This document shows positions 1 to 9,898 of a stretch of DNA of 36,117 nucleotides, in pieces. Every line of letters starts with the position of its first letter. Position 1 is the stretch's first letter. This DNA comes from Oculatellaceae cyanobacterium bins.114 (GTDB taxonomy: Bacteria > Cyanobacteriota > Cyanobacteriia > Elainellales > Elainellaceae). The position numbers were made by a program, and so were the translations under genes. The stretch covers positions 1 to 36,117 of the forward strand of contig JANRJA010000233.1 in assembly GCA_033764315.1 (NCBI GenBank), read 5' to 3'. The notes beneath the pieces are model-generated. The model was given only the letters and a program-made list of their open reading frames with translations. It had not been told where the DNA came from and ran no database searches.

Positions 1-263
1 CCTTTATCAGAGACGGTTTCAGACTTCAGCCCGATCTATCAATCACCTCAATTTCACTTTTTGCAGTGGCTGACATTGCCAGCACAAGACAGGAAAGTCA
101 GACAGAAGAGGCAACCCGTTTCAGATGAGAAATCGCTGAGAATAAGCTAAATGTTTTCTCTCTTAAATATCAGTGTTTCAAATGAAATCCTTAGAAAGGA
201 ATCATCTTTTGCGGGGCATTGCTCGCAACAATCATGGTGCGTCTAATCAATAGAGACGTGATT

Positions 264-424
264 AACATCAATTCAGATTAAGCACCTGGCAAATGAATTC
301 GCGGCTATCACGCCCAAGTTTGCGGCTCGATGGTTCAACAGCTCAACTAAGCTTCACCAAACCTTCAAGCTCACGCCGAAGTCTGCCGTTTTAACTGCCC
401 AAATGCTGATCTCGAACTGACGTT
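264..424. mobile_element. Diverged copy of a MITE-like element (same family as 6617-6769 and 17959-18123)
   Basis: Left end AACATCAATTCAGATTAAG...GAATTCGCGGCTA resembles AACGTCAGTTCGGTTTAAG...AATTTGCGGCTA at 17959. Right end is CGAACTGACGTT. The interior has diverged. Confidence 0.6.
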
Positions 425-473
425 AATTAGTTAACGTTGCATTGAGCAAAGTGATCAACAACGGAGAACTTCT

Positions 474-1271
474 ATGAAACTTGCAGGTAAGGTTGCTCTA
501 GTAACAGGAAGTAGTCAGGGAATCGGACAAGGAATTGTTCTACGTCTGGCACAAGAAGGTGCTGATGTTGTCATCAACTATCGTTCTCACCCAGAGGGTG
601 CTGAAGAAACACTGGAAAAAGTCAAAGCCATCGGCGGTAAATGTTATTTAGCAGAATGCCCAAAGTCTCAGGGTTACACAATTCAAGCCGATTTGGGCAA
701 CGTCGATATGGTGCGCGAACTGATTGCCGAAAGTATTGCCCATTTTGGCAAACTGGATATCTTGGTCAACAATGCGGGTATTGAAAAACATGCTCCTTTT
801 TGGGAGGTGACTGAGGCAGATTATGATGCGGTGCTGAATGTCAACTTGAAAGGGGTGTTTTTTGCCACACAAGCCTTTGTCAAACATCTCCTTGACACCA
901 AACGACCTGGCAAGATCATCAATATTAGTTCAGTGCATGAGGATTTACCTTTTCCTAATTTCACGGCCTATTGCATGAGCAAAGGTGGCATGAAGATGTT
1001 TACTCGCAATCTGGCAGTAGAGCTGGGTGCATTGGGAATCACCATTAACAACGTTGCCCCAGGAGCGATTGAGACACCAATTAACACCAAATTGCTCAAT
1101 GATTCAGAAAAATTAGGTGCACTCCTCAAAAACATTCCTTTGGGTCGCTTAGGGCAACCTCAAGACGTTGCCTCTCTCGTTGCATTTCTGTCATCGGCGG
1201 ATGCAGATTACATCACAGGTAGCACCTTTTTTGTGGATGGTGGTTTGCTTTGGAATTATCAGGAGCAGTAG
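474..1271 (+). CDS. Short-chain dehydrogenase/reductase, glucose 1-dehydrogenase-like
   Basis: TGSSQGIG Rossmann motif, NNAG, catalytic YCMSK, SSVHE and PGAIETPIN typical of glucose 1-dehydrogenases. GGAG RBS upstream. Confidence 0.9.
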   Translation: MKLAGKVALVTGSSQGIGQGIVLRLAQEGADVVINYRSHPEGAEETLEKVKAIGGKCYLAECPKSQGYTIQADLGNVDMVRELIAESIAHFGKLDILVNNAGIEKHAPFWEVTEADYDAVLNVNLKGVFFATQAFVKHLLDTKRPGKIINISSVHEDLPFPNFTAYCMSKGGMKMFTRNLAVELGALGITINNVAPGAIETPINTKLLNDSEKLGALLKNIPLGRLGQPQDVASLVAFLSSADADYITGSTFFVDGGLLWNYQEQ

Positions 1272-1273
1272 TC

Positions 1274-1846
1274 ATGTCCAATGCTCCCTTGTTTATTCCA
1301 GTGATTCTTGGCACTCCTCGCCAAGGTCGTCAAAGCGAACATGTGGCTAAATTTATTGTTGAGCAACTGAGCTTGCGAACCGATGTCACCACTGAGTTGA
1401 TTGATATTCGGACGATCGCGATCGCCACAAACGACGCTGGTGAGCCCCTCAAAGATCCTCAGTTTTCTGCCACGATGACCAGAGCTGATGGCTTAATCAT
1501 TGTCGCTCCTGAATATAATCACGGCTATCCAGGATTGCTCAAGCATGTCCTCGATACTTGCTTAAAGGAATACATTCACAAAGCTGTTGGGTTGTGTGGA
1601 GTTTCGGCAGGGCCGTTTGGAGGCACACGGGTGATTCAAAACTTACTACCTGTGATGCGCGAATTAGGGTTAGTGACCATCTTTTATGACCTCAACTTTA
1701 GCAACGTTCAAACGCTGTTTGATGAATCTGGCAACCTGATCGACAAGCCAACCTACATTCGTCGTATGGAGCGGTTTATAGAAGAACTGATATGGATGTC
1801 TACTGTGCTGCGCTATGGGCGAGAAACAGGAGTGGTCAACCCATAA
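1274..1846 (+). CDS. NADPH-dependent FMN reductase (flavodoxin-like fold)
   Basis: GTPRQGRQS phosphate loop, PEYNHGYPGLLKHVLD and SAGPFGG motifs. ATG at 1274, just after the SDR stop, is preferred over the overlapping start at 1250. Confidence 0.88.
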   Translation: MSNAPLFIPVILGTPRQGRQSEHVAKFIVEQLSLRTDVTTELIDIRTIAIATNDAGEPLKDPQFSATMTRADGLIIVAPEYNHGYPGLLKHVLDTCLKEYIHKAVGLCGVSAGPFGGTRVIQNLLPVMRELGLVTIFYDLNFSNVQTLFDESGNLIDKPTYIRRMERFIEELIWMSTVLRYGRETGVVNP

Positions 1847-1952
1847 ACTAACGCAAAAGACGGTAATAACGGTACAAAAATTGTGCGTTGCGACAATCAA
1901 TTCTGATCTGACGTGATGCAACTGGGTGTTAAACCCTTAACAGGAGTGAAAC

Positions 1953-3302
1953 ATGTTTGAGAGCTTAGGAAGAATTCAGAATCCAGTAACTAGAAGCTTA
2001 ACGGCTGCGTTTACAACTTGTTCAGTAGTGACCTTTGCGTCTGCGATCGCCCTTGGAGTCACACAGGCAAAAGATGACTCTGCTTATAAAACAGCGTTAT
2101 ATGCCTCACTGTTAGGAGGGGGGTGTGGGGCCGTGTTGGGCTTAGCCTATCCCAGTCAAGGGAGCCTGCGCAAAACAAATCAAAGCGTGGGAGATGAACA
2201 AGCTGCCCAAACCTCAGAGGGCACCCCCTGGAAAGACTGGCGCAACTTTGTGGTCGTGCGCAAAGTCAAAGAGAGTGAGGAAATTACCTCATTCTATTTG
2301 CAACCAGAAGATAAGGGCGAGATTCCCAATTTTCAACCCGGTCAGTTTTTGACCATTAAACTAGATATTCCAGGTCAGCCCAGACCCGTGATCCGCACCT
2401 ATTCGCTCTCCGACTATACTGAACCCTGTGAATACTATCGTCTGTCTATTAAGCGAGAGCCAATGCCACCCGGATTAGATGTAATGCCAGGGATTGCCTC
2501 TAACTTTATGCATGATCAAATTCATGAAGGCTCAGTGATTCCAGCAAAACCTCCCAGTGGCAAATTTGTTTTGGATGTTCACAAACCCTTGCCTGCGGTG
2601 CTGATTAGCAATGGGGTGGGTATCACTCCTATGATCAGCATGGCAAAAGCAGTAACTCAGCTCAATTCCAACCGTCCTATGTGGTTTGTGCATGGTGCCC
2701 GTGATGGGCGTTTTCATGCTTTTCGAGATGAAGTCAGAGCGATCGCCGAGCGAAATCCTAATGTAACGATTCACTTTACCTATAGTCGCCCCAGAGCAGA
2801 AGATACAGGTCATCACCACAGCATAGGCTATGCAGATATTGATTTGGTTCAATCCTTAATCATGCAACAAGATGCCGAGTATTTTTTGTGTGGTTCGCCA
2901 GCTTTTTTAGAGTCAATTCGAGATGGCTTAAGGAATGCAGGTGTACCTGATGACCGAGTCTTTTTTGAGATGTTTACCAAAGCTAGTAAAGCAACTACTA
3001 CAAGTTCATTAACTGACGTTGATCTAAATGCTAGTCATGTTGCAGAAGCTGAAATTGTTTTTGCTCGATCTCATCAAACGGCGACTTGGCAAGCTGATTC
3101 AGGTAGTCTTTTAGAGTGTGCTGAAGCCACCGATTTGAATCCTCCCTATAGTTGTCGTCAGGGAATTTGCGGCACTTGTGAGTGCAAGCTTTTAGACGGT
3201 GAAGTGGACTATCAAGAACCCCCAACAGCAGCGATCGCTAAGGGTTCAGTCTTGATTTGTATTGCCAAGCCCAAAACCTCAACCGTTGTCCTTGATCTGT
3301 AA
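1953..3302 (+). CDS. FNR-type FAD/NAD(P)H oxidoreductase with C-terminal 2Fe-2S ferredoxin and hydrophobic N-terminus
   Basis: RTYSLS FAD motif, GVGITPM and LCGSP NAD motifs, CRQGICGTC...LIC plant-type 2Fe-2S ligands, two hydrophobic segments in residues ~15-66. AGGAG RBS. Confidence 0.88.
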   Translation: MFESLGRIQNPVTRSLTAAFTTCSVVTFASAIALGVTQAKDDSAYKTALYASLLGGGCGAVLGLAYPSQGSLRKTNQSVGDEQAAQTSEGTPWKDWRNFVVVRKVKESEEITSFYLQPEDKGEIPNFQPGQFLTIKLDIPGQPRPVIRTYSLSDYTEPCEYYRLSIKREPMPPGLDVMPGIASNFMHDQIHEGSVIPAKPPSGKFVLDVHKPLPAVLISNGVGITPMISMAKAVTQLNSNRPMWFVHGARDGRFHAFRDEVRAIAERNPNVTIHFTYSRPRAEDTGHHHSIGYADIDLVQSLIMQQDAEYFLCGSPAFLESIRDGLRNAGVPDDRVFFEMFTKASKATTTSSLTDVDLNASHVAEAEIVFARSHQTATWQADSGSLLECAEATDLNPPYSCRQGICGTCECKLLDGEVDYQEPPTAAIAKGSVLICIAKPKTSTVVLDL

Positions 3303-3481
3303 GAACAACACCCTGTTGGCCGCTCAACGCTCTAAATTTCTCTAATAATGGGTTTTGGCTCCGCTCAACCCAAATTCTAAATTAAGTTTAATTAGGGGCA
3401 CATCCTTACTCCAAAATCATTACTTTTAAGGCATTACCTAATTAGGTTCTCTTACTGACCAAATAATGCAGGATAACAAAC

Positions 3482-4396
3482 ATGGGTCATTGGCAGTTAA
3501 TCGGTAAACTTAACCCTCAAGCGTTAAGTGAAAGCAGAGTGCAATTACACTATGCCATTCAATTTATTGCGGCTACAGGGGCAGCACTGGCAGAACCGCT
3601 TCCAGACTATAGCCACACCAGCCTTGCGTGGAATCCGGTATTATAAGTCTTTATGGGGTCTGTCATTCGATCGACTCACCCATTTTATGTAGCACTCGAC
3701 CCCGTCAGTCTCACCTTAAGTTTGTTAGATAAGCAAAGTGAATCGATAACGCCAGCGATAGTCAATCAAGCTGCTGCTGCTCAGATCGCATCCTTGCGCT
3801 TACATGGAAAAACGATGGCAGAAGGGTTGACTTGGCTAAAGCAAGCGATCGCCCCATTAGGAGTAGATGCCGACAAAGTTGTGTTTTTAGAGTATCCACC
3901 CGATGATTTTCCTGATCATGCGTTGGCTTATGGGGCATGTTTTGATGCGAGTCAAACCCACGCACTGAGTGAATTGGCCGCTTATTACGCCAACACCCAT
4001 CAGGTGTTGCAAGCAGTCATTGAAACCACTGAAGATGCTTCGAGCGATCGCATCTGGCCTCATCACTTTGATCTCGCAACGCTGATCATGCTTCCGGTGA
4101 CTCAAAACGGCAATCCATTAACGGTAGGAGTTGGTCTATCCCCCGGAGACACAAGCTATGCCGAACCCTATTGGTATGTCTCTCCTTATCCCTATCCAGA
4201 CACTGCCAATCTTCCTGCAGTTAGTGGAGACGGGTTTTGGCACACTCAGCATTGGGTTGGGGCAGTATTACCCACATCGCGCCTGACTCAAAACGACAGT
4301 GCTGAAGCCCAACAGCAACAGGTTGAGTCATTCTTGCATTCGGCACTGAAAACATCAATCCTACTTCTCATAGCAGGATCGACCGATGAGCTTTAA
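3482..4396 (+). pseudogene. Conserved hypothetical gene (DUF5996-like) interrupted by an in-frame TAA at 3644-3646
   Basis: ATG at 3482 (AGGA upstream) reads MGHWQLIG...QLHYAIQ...HTSLAWNPVL*VFMG in the same frame as ORF 3653-4396, which carries WPHHFD and EPYWYVSPYPYP motifs. Confidence 0.7.
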
Positions 4397-4500
4397 GACG
4401 CCTCAGGGTTTCAAATGGGGATGATTGATCTGCTCTGCCAGTCGGGGCATGAGGCTGATGTTAACGGCACCCTACCTGCTTTCCATGTTTCAAGCAGCAA

Positions 4501-6492
4501 CTAAACAGTGGCTAACCAAGCTCGCAATACCTCTGCCACCGTCCACGCCTGAGCAATACAGCCACGGGGCGTAAAGGGAGCATCGCCATCAAAAATTTCA
4601 CTGAGGCTTCCTAAGCCATGCGCTGTGAGATGGTTTGCCATCGGTTCTAAAAATTGACGAGCCTGAGCAGGATTGCCATACACCCGGAGATGCGCCAGGA
4701 CAAACGGCCCTAACAACCAACCCCAAACCGTGCCCTGATGGTAGACACTATCTCGCTGATAACCATTGCCACCATAGTGACCTTGATAGTGAGGATCAGA
4801 GGAAGCAAGCGATCGCAATCCATGCGAGGTTAACAGCCGTTGCCCACAGACATCCACAACAGCCCGTTGTTGAGCAGCCGTCAAAGGGCTTTCTGGCAAT
4901 GACACCGCAAAGATCTGGTTAGGACGCAATGAAGCATCATTCCCAGTGGGACTGTCCAATACATCAAAGCAATAGCCCAATTCGCTGTTCCAGAAGCGAT
5001 CGAATTTAGCTAACGTGCGATTCGCAAGGGCTTCATACTCCTGGTGCGGTTTCCCAATTCGACGGGCAAACTGTGCCATCGTTCGCAGGGCGTTATACCA
5101 CAGGGCATTGATCTCAATGGGTTTACCAATTCGTGGCGTCACAACCCAATCGCCCACTTTGGCGTCCATCCAGGTCAACTGCACTCCAGCAGCTCCAGCA
5201 TAAAGTAACCCATCGCTAGAGTCGAGATGAATGTTGTAGCGGGTGCCTCGGCAATGCCAGTCGATCATGTCTGCCAAAACAGGAAACAGTTCATGCAGCA
5301 GATCGCTGTCTTCTGTGGCTTGGTAATAGAGCCGTACAGCCTCAAAGTACCAAAGGGATGCATCGACCGTGTTGTATTCGGGTGTTTCGCCAGCATCAGG
5401 AAACCGATTGGGCAACATACCCTGATCGACATAGCGGGCAAAGGTATGCAAGATCGATCGTGCCACCTCTGGGCGACCTGTCGTTAGGGTTAGCCCCGGC
5501 AGGCTTATCATCGTGTCTCGTCCCCAGTCACCAAACCAGTGATAGCCTGCGATGATAGTCTTGCCTCCCACATCATCGCTAACCGGACGGTCAACAACAA
5601 ACTGATCAGCCGCTAGCACCAAGCGATTGAGCCATGCGGTTGATTTCTTGCCGTTGACAGTGCCATTGGGCGATCGCTTCGCATCCCAAAAATTAATCAG
5701 TTTTTGTTCATAAACCCGGCGCACCTGATACGCAGCATTTCCATCAAGATTGGGGTGCTTGTTAGTGCTCGCAACTAAGGTTAGAGATTCGCCCACCGTC
5801 AAGGTCGCTGCAAAGGTGGCAATGTGCAAATGATCATCGCGATCGCCCAAGCCCCGATAGCGTTCTACCACCAGATCAAAGTCGTGATACCAAGTGTGCG
5901 CTGTTGCGGCCTGAGCCGCTTGAGATAACAAGTATAGGGGCACTGCACCTGTATAAGGCTCGACAACAATGCCGCGATCGACTGGCTCAACTTTCATGTG
6001 CCACCCATTTGCCTGAGTGCTGCTGTGATAGTCTCGGTAGTTCACCAATGCCTTGATTGTCAGCTTTAAGGGTTGTGTAGCGCGACGCAGAGTGTATTGA
6101 ATGTAGGTGGTGTTGGCTCCCTGCTGCATCCACACTCGTTTTTCTAAAAGGGCATCGCCAACCGCAAATTGCCAAACTGGGGTGGTTCCTTCCTGAAAAA
6201 ACTGCTCAATCTGTTGATACCCGTGAGGACTCACTGTGCCATCTGCCCAGCGATTGGTGTATAGAGCATAGGACTCTTCGCCATACACCGCTGTTTCATC
6301 CAGCTTAGTCAGCATTAAGGTGCGCCCTAACGGGGGATTTAACGCGGCTACTAACAAGCCATGATAACGACGAGTCAACGAGCCTGCTACGGTGCCAGAG
6401 GCATATCCACCCACACCATTGGTCACAATCCACTCGCGGGATGCTGCAATCTCAAAATCACCACACATTTCGCGCCCAAATTGAATGCACAT
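4501..6492 (-). CDS. Glycogen debranching enzyme (amylo-alpha-1,6-glucosidase family)
   Basis: N-terminal EWIVTNGVGGYASGT...TRRYHGLL, plus AGYHWFGDWGRDTMISLPG, LTWMDAK, YHQGTVWGWL and AQAWTVAE. Confidence 0.93.
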   Translation of the reverse strand: MCIQFGREMCGDFEIAASREWIVTNGVGGYASGTVAGSLTRRYHGLLVAALNPPLGRTLMLTKLDETAVYGEESYALYTNRWADGTVSPHGYQQIEQFFQEGTTPVWQFAVGDALLEKRVWMQQGANTTYIQYTLRRATQPLKLTIKALVNYRDYHSSTQANGWHMKVEPVDRGIVVEPYTGAVPLYLLSQAAQAATAHTWYHDFDLVVERYRGLGDRDDHLHIATFAATLTVGESLTLVASTNKHPNLDGNAAYQVRRVYEQKLINFWDAKRSPNGTVNGKKSTAWLNRLVLAADQFVVDRPVSDDVGGKTIIAGYHWFGDWGRDTMISLPGLTLTTGRPEVARSILHTFARYVDQGMLPNRFPDAGETPEYNTVDASLWYFEAVRLYYQATEDSDLLHELFPVLADMIDWHCRGTRYNIHLDSSDGLLYAGAAGVQLTWMDAKVGDWVVTPRIGKPIEINALWYNALRTMAQFARRIGKPHQEYEALANRTLAKFDRFWNSELGYCFDVLDSPTGNDASLRPNQIFAVSLPESPLTAAQQRAVVDVCGQRLLTSHGLRSLASSDPHYQGHYGGNGYQRDSVYHQGTVWGWLLGPFVLAHLRVYGNPAQARQFLEPMANHLTAHGLGSLSEIFDGDAPFTPRGCIAQAWTVAEVLRAWLATV

Positions 6493-6616
6493 GAGTCAGG
6501 CAATTCGTTAAAGAGACTGTCTGAAGTATTACGGATAAATCCTAGAGAAACATGAGGATAAAATTAGGAGTTACTGAATAGCAGGATGAATTTTGCAAGT
6601 CAGCTTGGCTGTAAAC

Positions 6617-6769
6617 AACCTGAGTTCGGGATCAGGATTTTGGCGGTTGAAACCGCTGCTATACGAGCAAAATGTTCAGTAAATCTTTGATTTTGGCAGT
6701 CCGCGATGGCGGACTTCGCTCTGGTAGCCGCGAATTTATTCGCTGGGCTGCTTAAACCGAATTGACCTT
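6617..6769. mobile_element. MITE-like element with imperfect terminal inverted repeats and internal hairpins
   Basis: Near-identical reverse complement of 17959-18123, lacking the CCGACCTGCGTCGG hairpin. Ends AACCTGAGTTCGG / CCGAATTGACCTT. Confidence 0.8.
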
Positions 6770-6855
6770 AAACAGGTTGTGTTACCAATCTTTCTGCTAT
6801 TAACGGCAACAACTGTACCGATTGTGAGTGTAGAAGGACAGCTAATAGCTCTCGC

Positions 6856-7410
6856 TCAACTCTTTTGCTCAACTCCAAAACCAACCAACAACACGTCTTG
6901 TAGTGGCTCACCGACAGCTGGACGGTGATAGTTCAAAATTTTCCGAATCCGTAAACGGGGATTAACCAGAGTAATCGAATCTACAGAGACGACATGGGCA
7001 TAGTGCGTCGTCATCAATAGTTCTTGAGTAGCGGGGTTAAACCGAAAAGGGGCAATGATCGGGTTCGACTCTTCATAGGCGCGATCGCGCAGATAATCCC
7101 CCATAACGAGATCTCCCTCTTGCTGCTTGGGCACAAATAGCAAATTCAGCGATTGATTAACGCGATCGCCCTTTTCAGAAACCGTAGTGAACTCCATGTG
7201 ATATCCCGGCAAATCACTCAAATCTGACGGAATCGGATAGCGATTATCGATGAGTACCCGTTCCTTTCGATCGACCGTAACAGGCTGAATCGAAAACTCC
7301 GTGTGCGATCGCTCCACCTCTTGATGGGTCAGATAATGATAAGTGCGCTCTGTGATCCAGGTGCCAACACAAGCCTGAAAAAACTGGTGGAAGGAGGAAA
7401 GGGGAGTCAT
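6856..7410 (-). CDS. Phycobiliprotein lyase, CpcS/CpeS family (CpcV-like)
   Basis: FFQACVGTWITERTYHY N-terminal motif, YLRDRAYEE, and LRIRKI...GFGVEQK C-terminus of S/U/V-type lyases. Start placed at ATG 7410; the longer 7470 start adds an atypical leader. Confidence 0.8.
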   Translation of the reverse strand: MTPLSSFHQFFQACVGTWITERTYHYLTHQEVERSHTEFSIQPVTVDRKERVLIDNRYPIPSDLSDLPGYHMEFTTVSEKGDRVNQSLNLLFVPKQQEGDLVMGDYLRDRAYEESNPIIAPFRFNPATQELLMTTHYAHVVSVDSITLVNPRLRIRKILNYHRPAVGEPLQDVLLVGFGVEQKS

Positions 7411-7669
7411 GGGGTGGAAATAGGGGAAAAAGGAATGAAATGGGAGAACAACATTCACCCTATTTTTCAAACTTCAAATCATAAATTCTTTTAATAAAAC
7501 TTTGCATTTTCCCTTTACAGTATCATTCCTCGCTCCCTTTCACTGTCGTCCTGGTTGTTTTGCGATTCGGTCTTCCATCGTTTTGACGATATCGTATGAA
7601 GATTTACAACATTAGTTTTGGCTGATTTGAAGTTTCAAGTCTATTTCATAAACAATTAGAGATGTTCCT

Positions 7670-9517
7670 TTGGATGGCAGATTAGGTTCAGTGTCTAAAC
7701 GGTCTTCCCAGCAACCCTCACAGTCTAGTCAGCACACTTCTCAGCATCACAATGCGATGCCGATAGAATTGCGCCAACAACAACGGGTGGAACTGTTTTC
7801 AGAAGTAATGCTCAAAATTCGGCAATCGCTCCAGCTTAAAAACATCCTGCACACCACCGTGACCGAAGTGCAGAAACTGTTGCAAGCTGATCGCGTGTTG
7901 ATTTATCACGTGTTGCCCGATGGCACAGGCAAAACCATCAGTGAGTCGGTGTTACCAGAGTATCCAGCCCTGATCAATCTCGAATTTCCCGCAGAGGCGT
8001 TTCCAGAAGACTACCATCATCTGTATGCCCAAGGGCGAGTTAGGGCGATCGCCAATGTTCATGACTCCTCCTCTGGCTTAGCCGAGTGTCTGGTGGAGTT
8101 TGTCAAACAGTTTGATATCAAAGCCAAACTGATTGTGCCAATTGTCCAAACCCTAAACGGTTATCCTCAAAATCATACATCTGCCCAAAACCACCTCTGG
8201 GGCTTGTTGATTGCCCATCAATGTCAGGGGACGCGGCAGTGGGTCGAGTTTGAGCTAGAACTGATGCAACAATTGGCAGATCAAATCAGCATTGCTCTGT
8301 CACAAGCTCAACTGCTAGAACATTTAGAAGAAGTGGTCGAAGCTCGCACAGCAGAGTTAAAAGAAGCCAATCGCCATCTGCAACAGGAAATTAACGTGCG
8401 GATGCAGGCAGAAGCCGCACTGCGCCAGAGTGAAGAACAATTGCGGCTGATCACAAATGCACTGCCTGTGTTGATCGCCTATGTGGATGAGCACCAACAC
8501 TATCGATTTAATAACCAGGCTTATGCCCAGTGGTTAGGGCAGTTGCCCACCAAGATGTATGGGCAACACCTCCAGCAGGTCTGGGGCAACGATTGCTATC
8601 AACGGATGCAGCCACACATAGAAACCGCGTTATCTGGACAGGCTGTTACCTACGAAAACAAGATTGTCATGAAGGATGGCAGTGTGCGATCGGTGGATGC
8701 CACCTATATTCCTCATCGCGATGAGGACGACTCTGTCAAAGGTTTTTTTGCATTAACCAGTGATATCAGCGATCGCAAAGCTGTGGAACACATGAAGGAT
8801 GAGTTTATCTCCATCATTAGTCACGAACTGCGAACCCCACTCACCTCTTTGCACAGTGCTCTAAAAATACTAGCAACCGGACGTTTGGGAACCCTCTCTA
8901 ACGAAGGACAACAAATGCTGGCGATCGCCGATGAAAGCACAGAAAGGCTGGTACGTTTGGTCAACCATGTCCTCGATTTACAACGAATCGAATCTGGCAA
9001 GGTCGTCATGGAATGTCAAGCGTGTAATGCTGCCAACTTAATGACCCAGGCAACAGAAGTAATGCAGGCAATGGCGCAGCAACAGGGCGTCACTCTGGTC
9101 AACCAACCGAGCAATATTTCCATTTGGGCAGATGCCGATTACATCTTGCAAACGCTGACCAATCTCCTGAGTAACGCCATCAAATTTTCCTCTCCAGGAA
9201 GCCAAGTCTGGTTAATGGTGTCTGAGACTGACCCCATGCCCGATTCCCCCAATTCTGAGGCTATCTTTCGGGTTCGCGACCAAGGACAGGGCATCCCACC
9301 TGATCAACTAGAACGCATTTTTGAACGGTTTCAACAGGTGGATTCCTCAAGTTCCCGCAAAAAAGGAGGAACGGGTCTAGGACTGGCAATCTGTCGAAAA
9401 ATCATAGAGCAACACAATGGCAAAATTTGGGCCGAAAACAATCCAGATTGTGGCAGCACGTTTGCCTTCACTGTACCGGCTCTAGTCCACACTAAGCCTG
9501 AGCCAGGGAGGGATTGA
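7670..9517 (+). CDS. rcaE: Green/red cyanobacteriochrome histidine kinase RcaE (GAF-PAS-HisKA-HATPase)
   Basis: GAF segment LEFPAEAFP...GLAECLVEF...IKAKLIVP...LWGLLIAHQC closely matches Fremyella RcaE as recalled, with the bilin-binding Cys and the Glu/Leu/Lys protochromic residues. PAS, SHELRTPL H-box and GGTGLGLAIC G-box follow. True start may be GTG 7691 or ATG 7757. Confidence 0.9.
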   Translation: MDGRLGSVSKRSSQQPSQSSQHTSQHHNAMPIELRQQQRVELFSEVMLKIRQSLQLKNILHTTVTEVQKLLQADRVLIYHVLPDGTGKTISESVLPEYPALINLEFPAEAFPEDYHHLYAQGRVRAIANVHDSSSGLAECLVEFVKQFDIKAKLIVPIVQTLNGYPQNHTSAQNHLWGLLIAHQCQGTRQWVEFELELMQQLADQISIALSQAQLLEHLEEVVEARTAELKEANRHLQQEINVRMQAEAALRQSEEQLRLITNALPVLIAYVDEHQHYRFNNQAYAQWLGQLPTKMYGQHLQQVWGNDCYQRMQPHIETALSGQAVTYENKIVMKDGSVRSVDATYIPHRDEDDSVKGFFALTSDISDRKAVEHMKDEFISIISHELRTPLTSLHSALKILATGRLGTLSNEGQQMLAIADESTERLVRLVNHVLDLQRIESGKVVMECQACNAANLMTQATEVMQAMAQQQGVTLVNQPSNISIWADADYILQTLTNLLSNAIKFSSPGSQVWLMVSETDPMPDSPNSEAIFRVRDQGQGIPPDQLERIFERFQQVDSSSSRKKGGTGLGLAICRKIIEQHNGKIWAENNPDCGSTFAFTVPALVHTKPEPGRD

Positions 9518-9891
9518 TGCCTATCAAACGAGTATTACTGATTGATGATGAGGAAACCATTCAAACCGTGGTTCAGTTTGGCATCAAGATGACCGCCGGA
9601 TGGGATGTGCTGATTGCTGGTTCAGGCGCACAAGGCATTCAAACAGCTCAGCTAGAGCAACCAGATGTGATTTTGTTGGATGTGATGATGCCTGACATGA
9701 ATGGCATTGCGACCTTTAAGGCACTCCAATCGCATACTGAAACTGCCCAAATTCCTGTAATTTTTTTAACGGCTAAAGCACAAACCGCCGAAAAACGTCA
9801 GTTTAGTGACTTGGGAGCCAGTGGTGTGATCACCAAACCCTTCAATTCACTGCATCTACCTGAGCAAATTTCTCGCATTCTTCAGTGGTAG
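9517..9891 (+). CDS. rcaF: Single-domain response regulator RcaF
   Basis: 124-aa CheY-like receiver (LIDDE, LLDVMMP, FLTAK, KPF). ATG overlaps the rcaE stop (TGATG). Confidence 0.88.
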   Translation: MPIKRVLLIDDEETIQTVVQFGIKMTAGWDVLIAGSGAQGIQTAQLEQPDVILLDVMMPDMNGIATFKALQSHTETAQIPVIFLTAKAQTAEKRQFSDLGASGVITKPFNSLHLPEQISRILQW

Positions 9892-9898
9892 CGATTCC

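Noticed and set aside
7670..9517. CcaS or far-red RfpA sensor
   Set aside because: It has a single CBCR GAF with RcaE-like motifs, no PHY domain, and RcaF/RcaC-type partners. No far-red photosystem genes are in the window.
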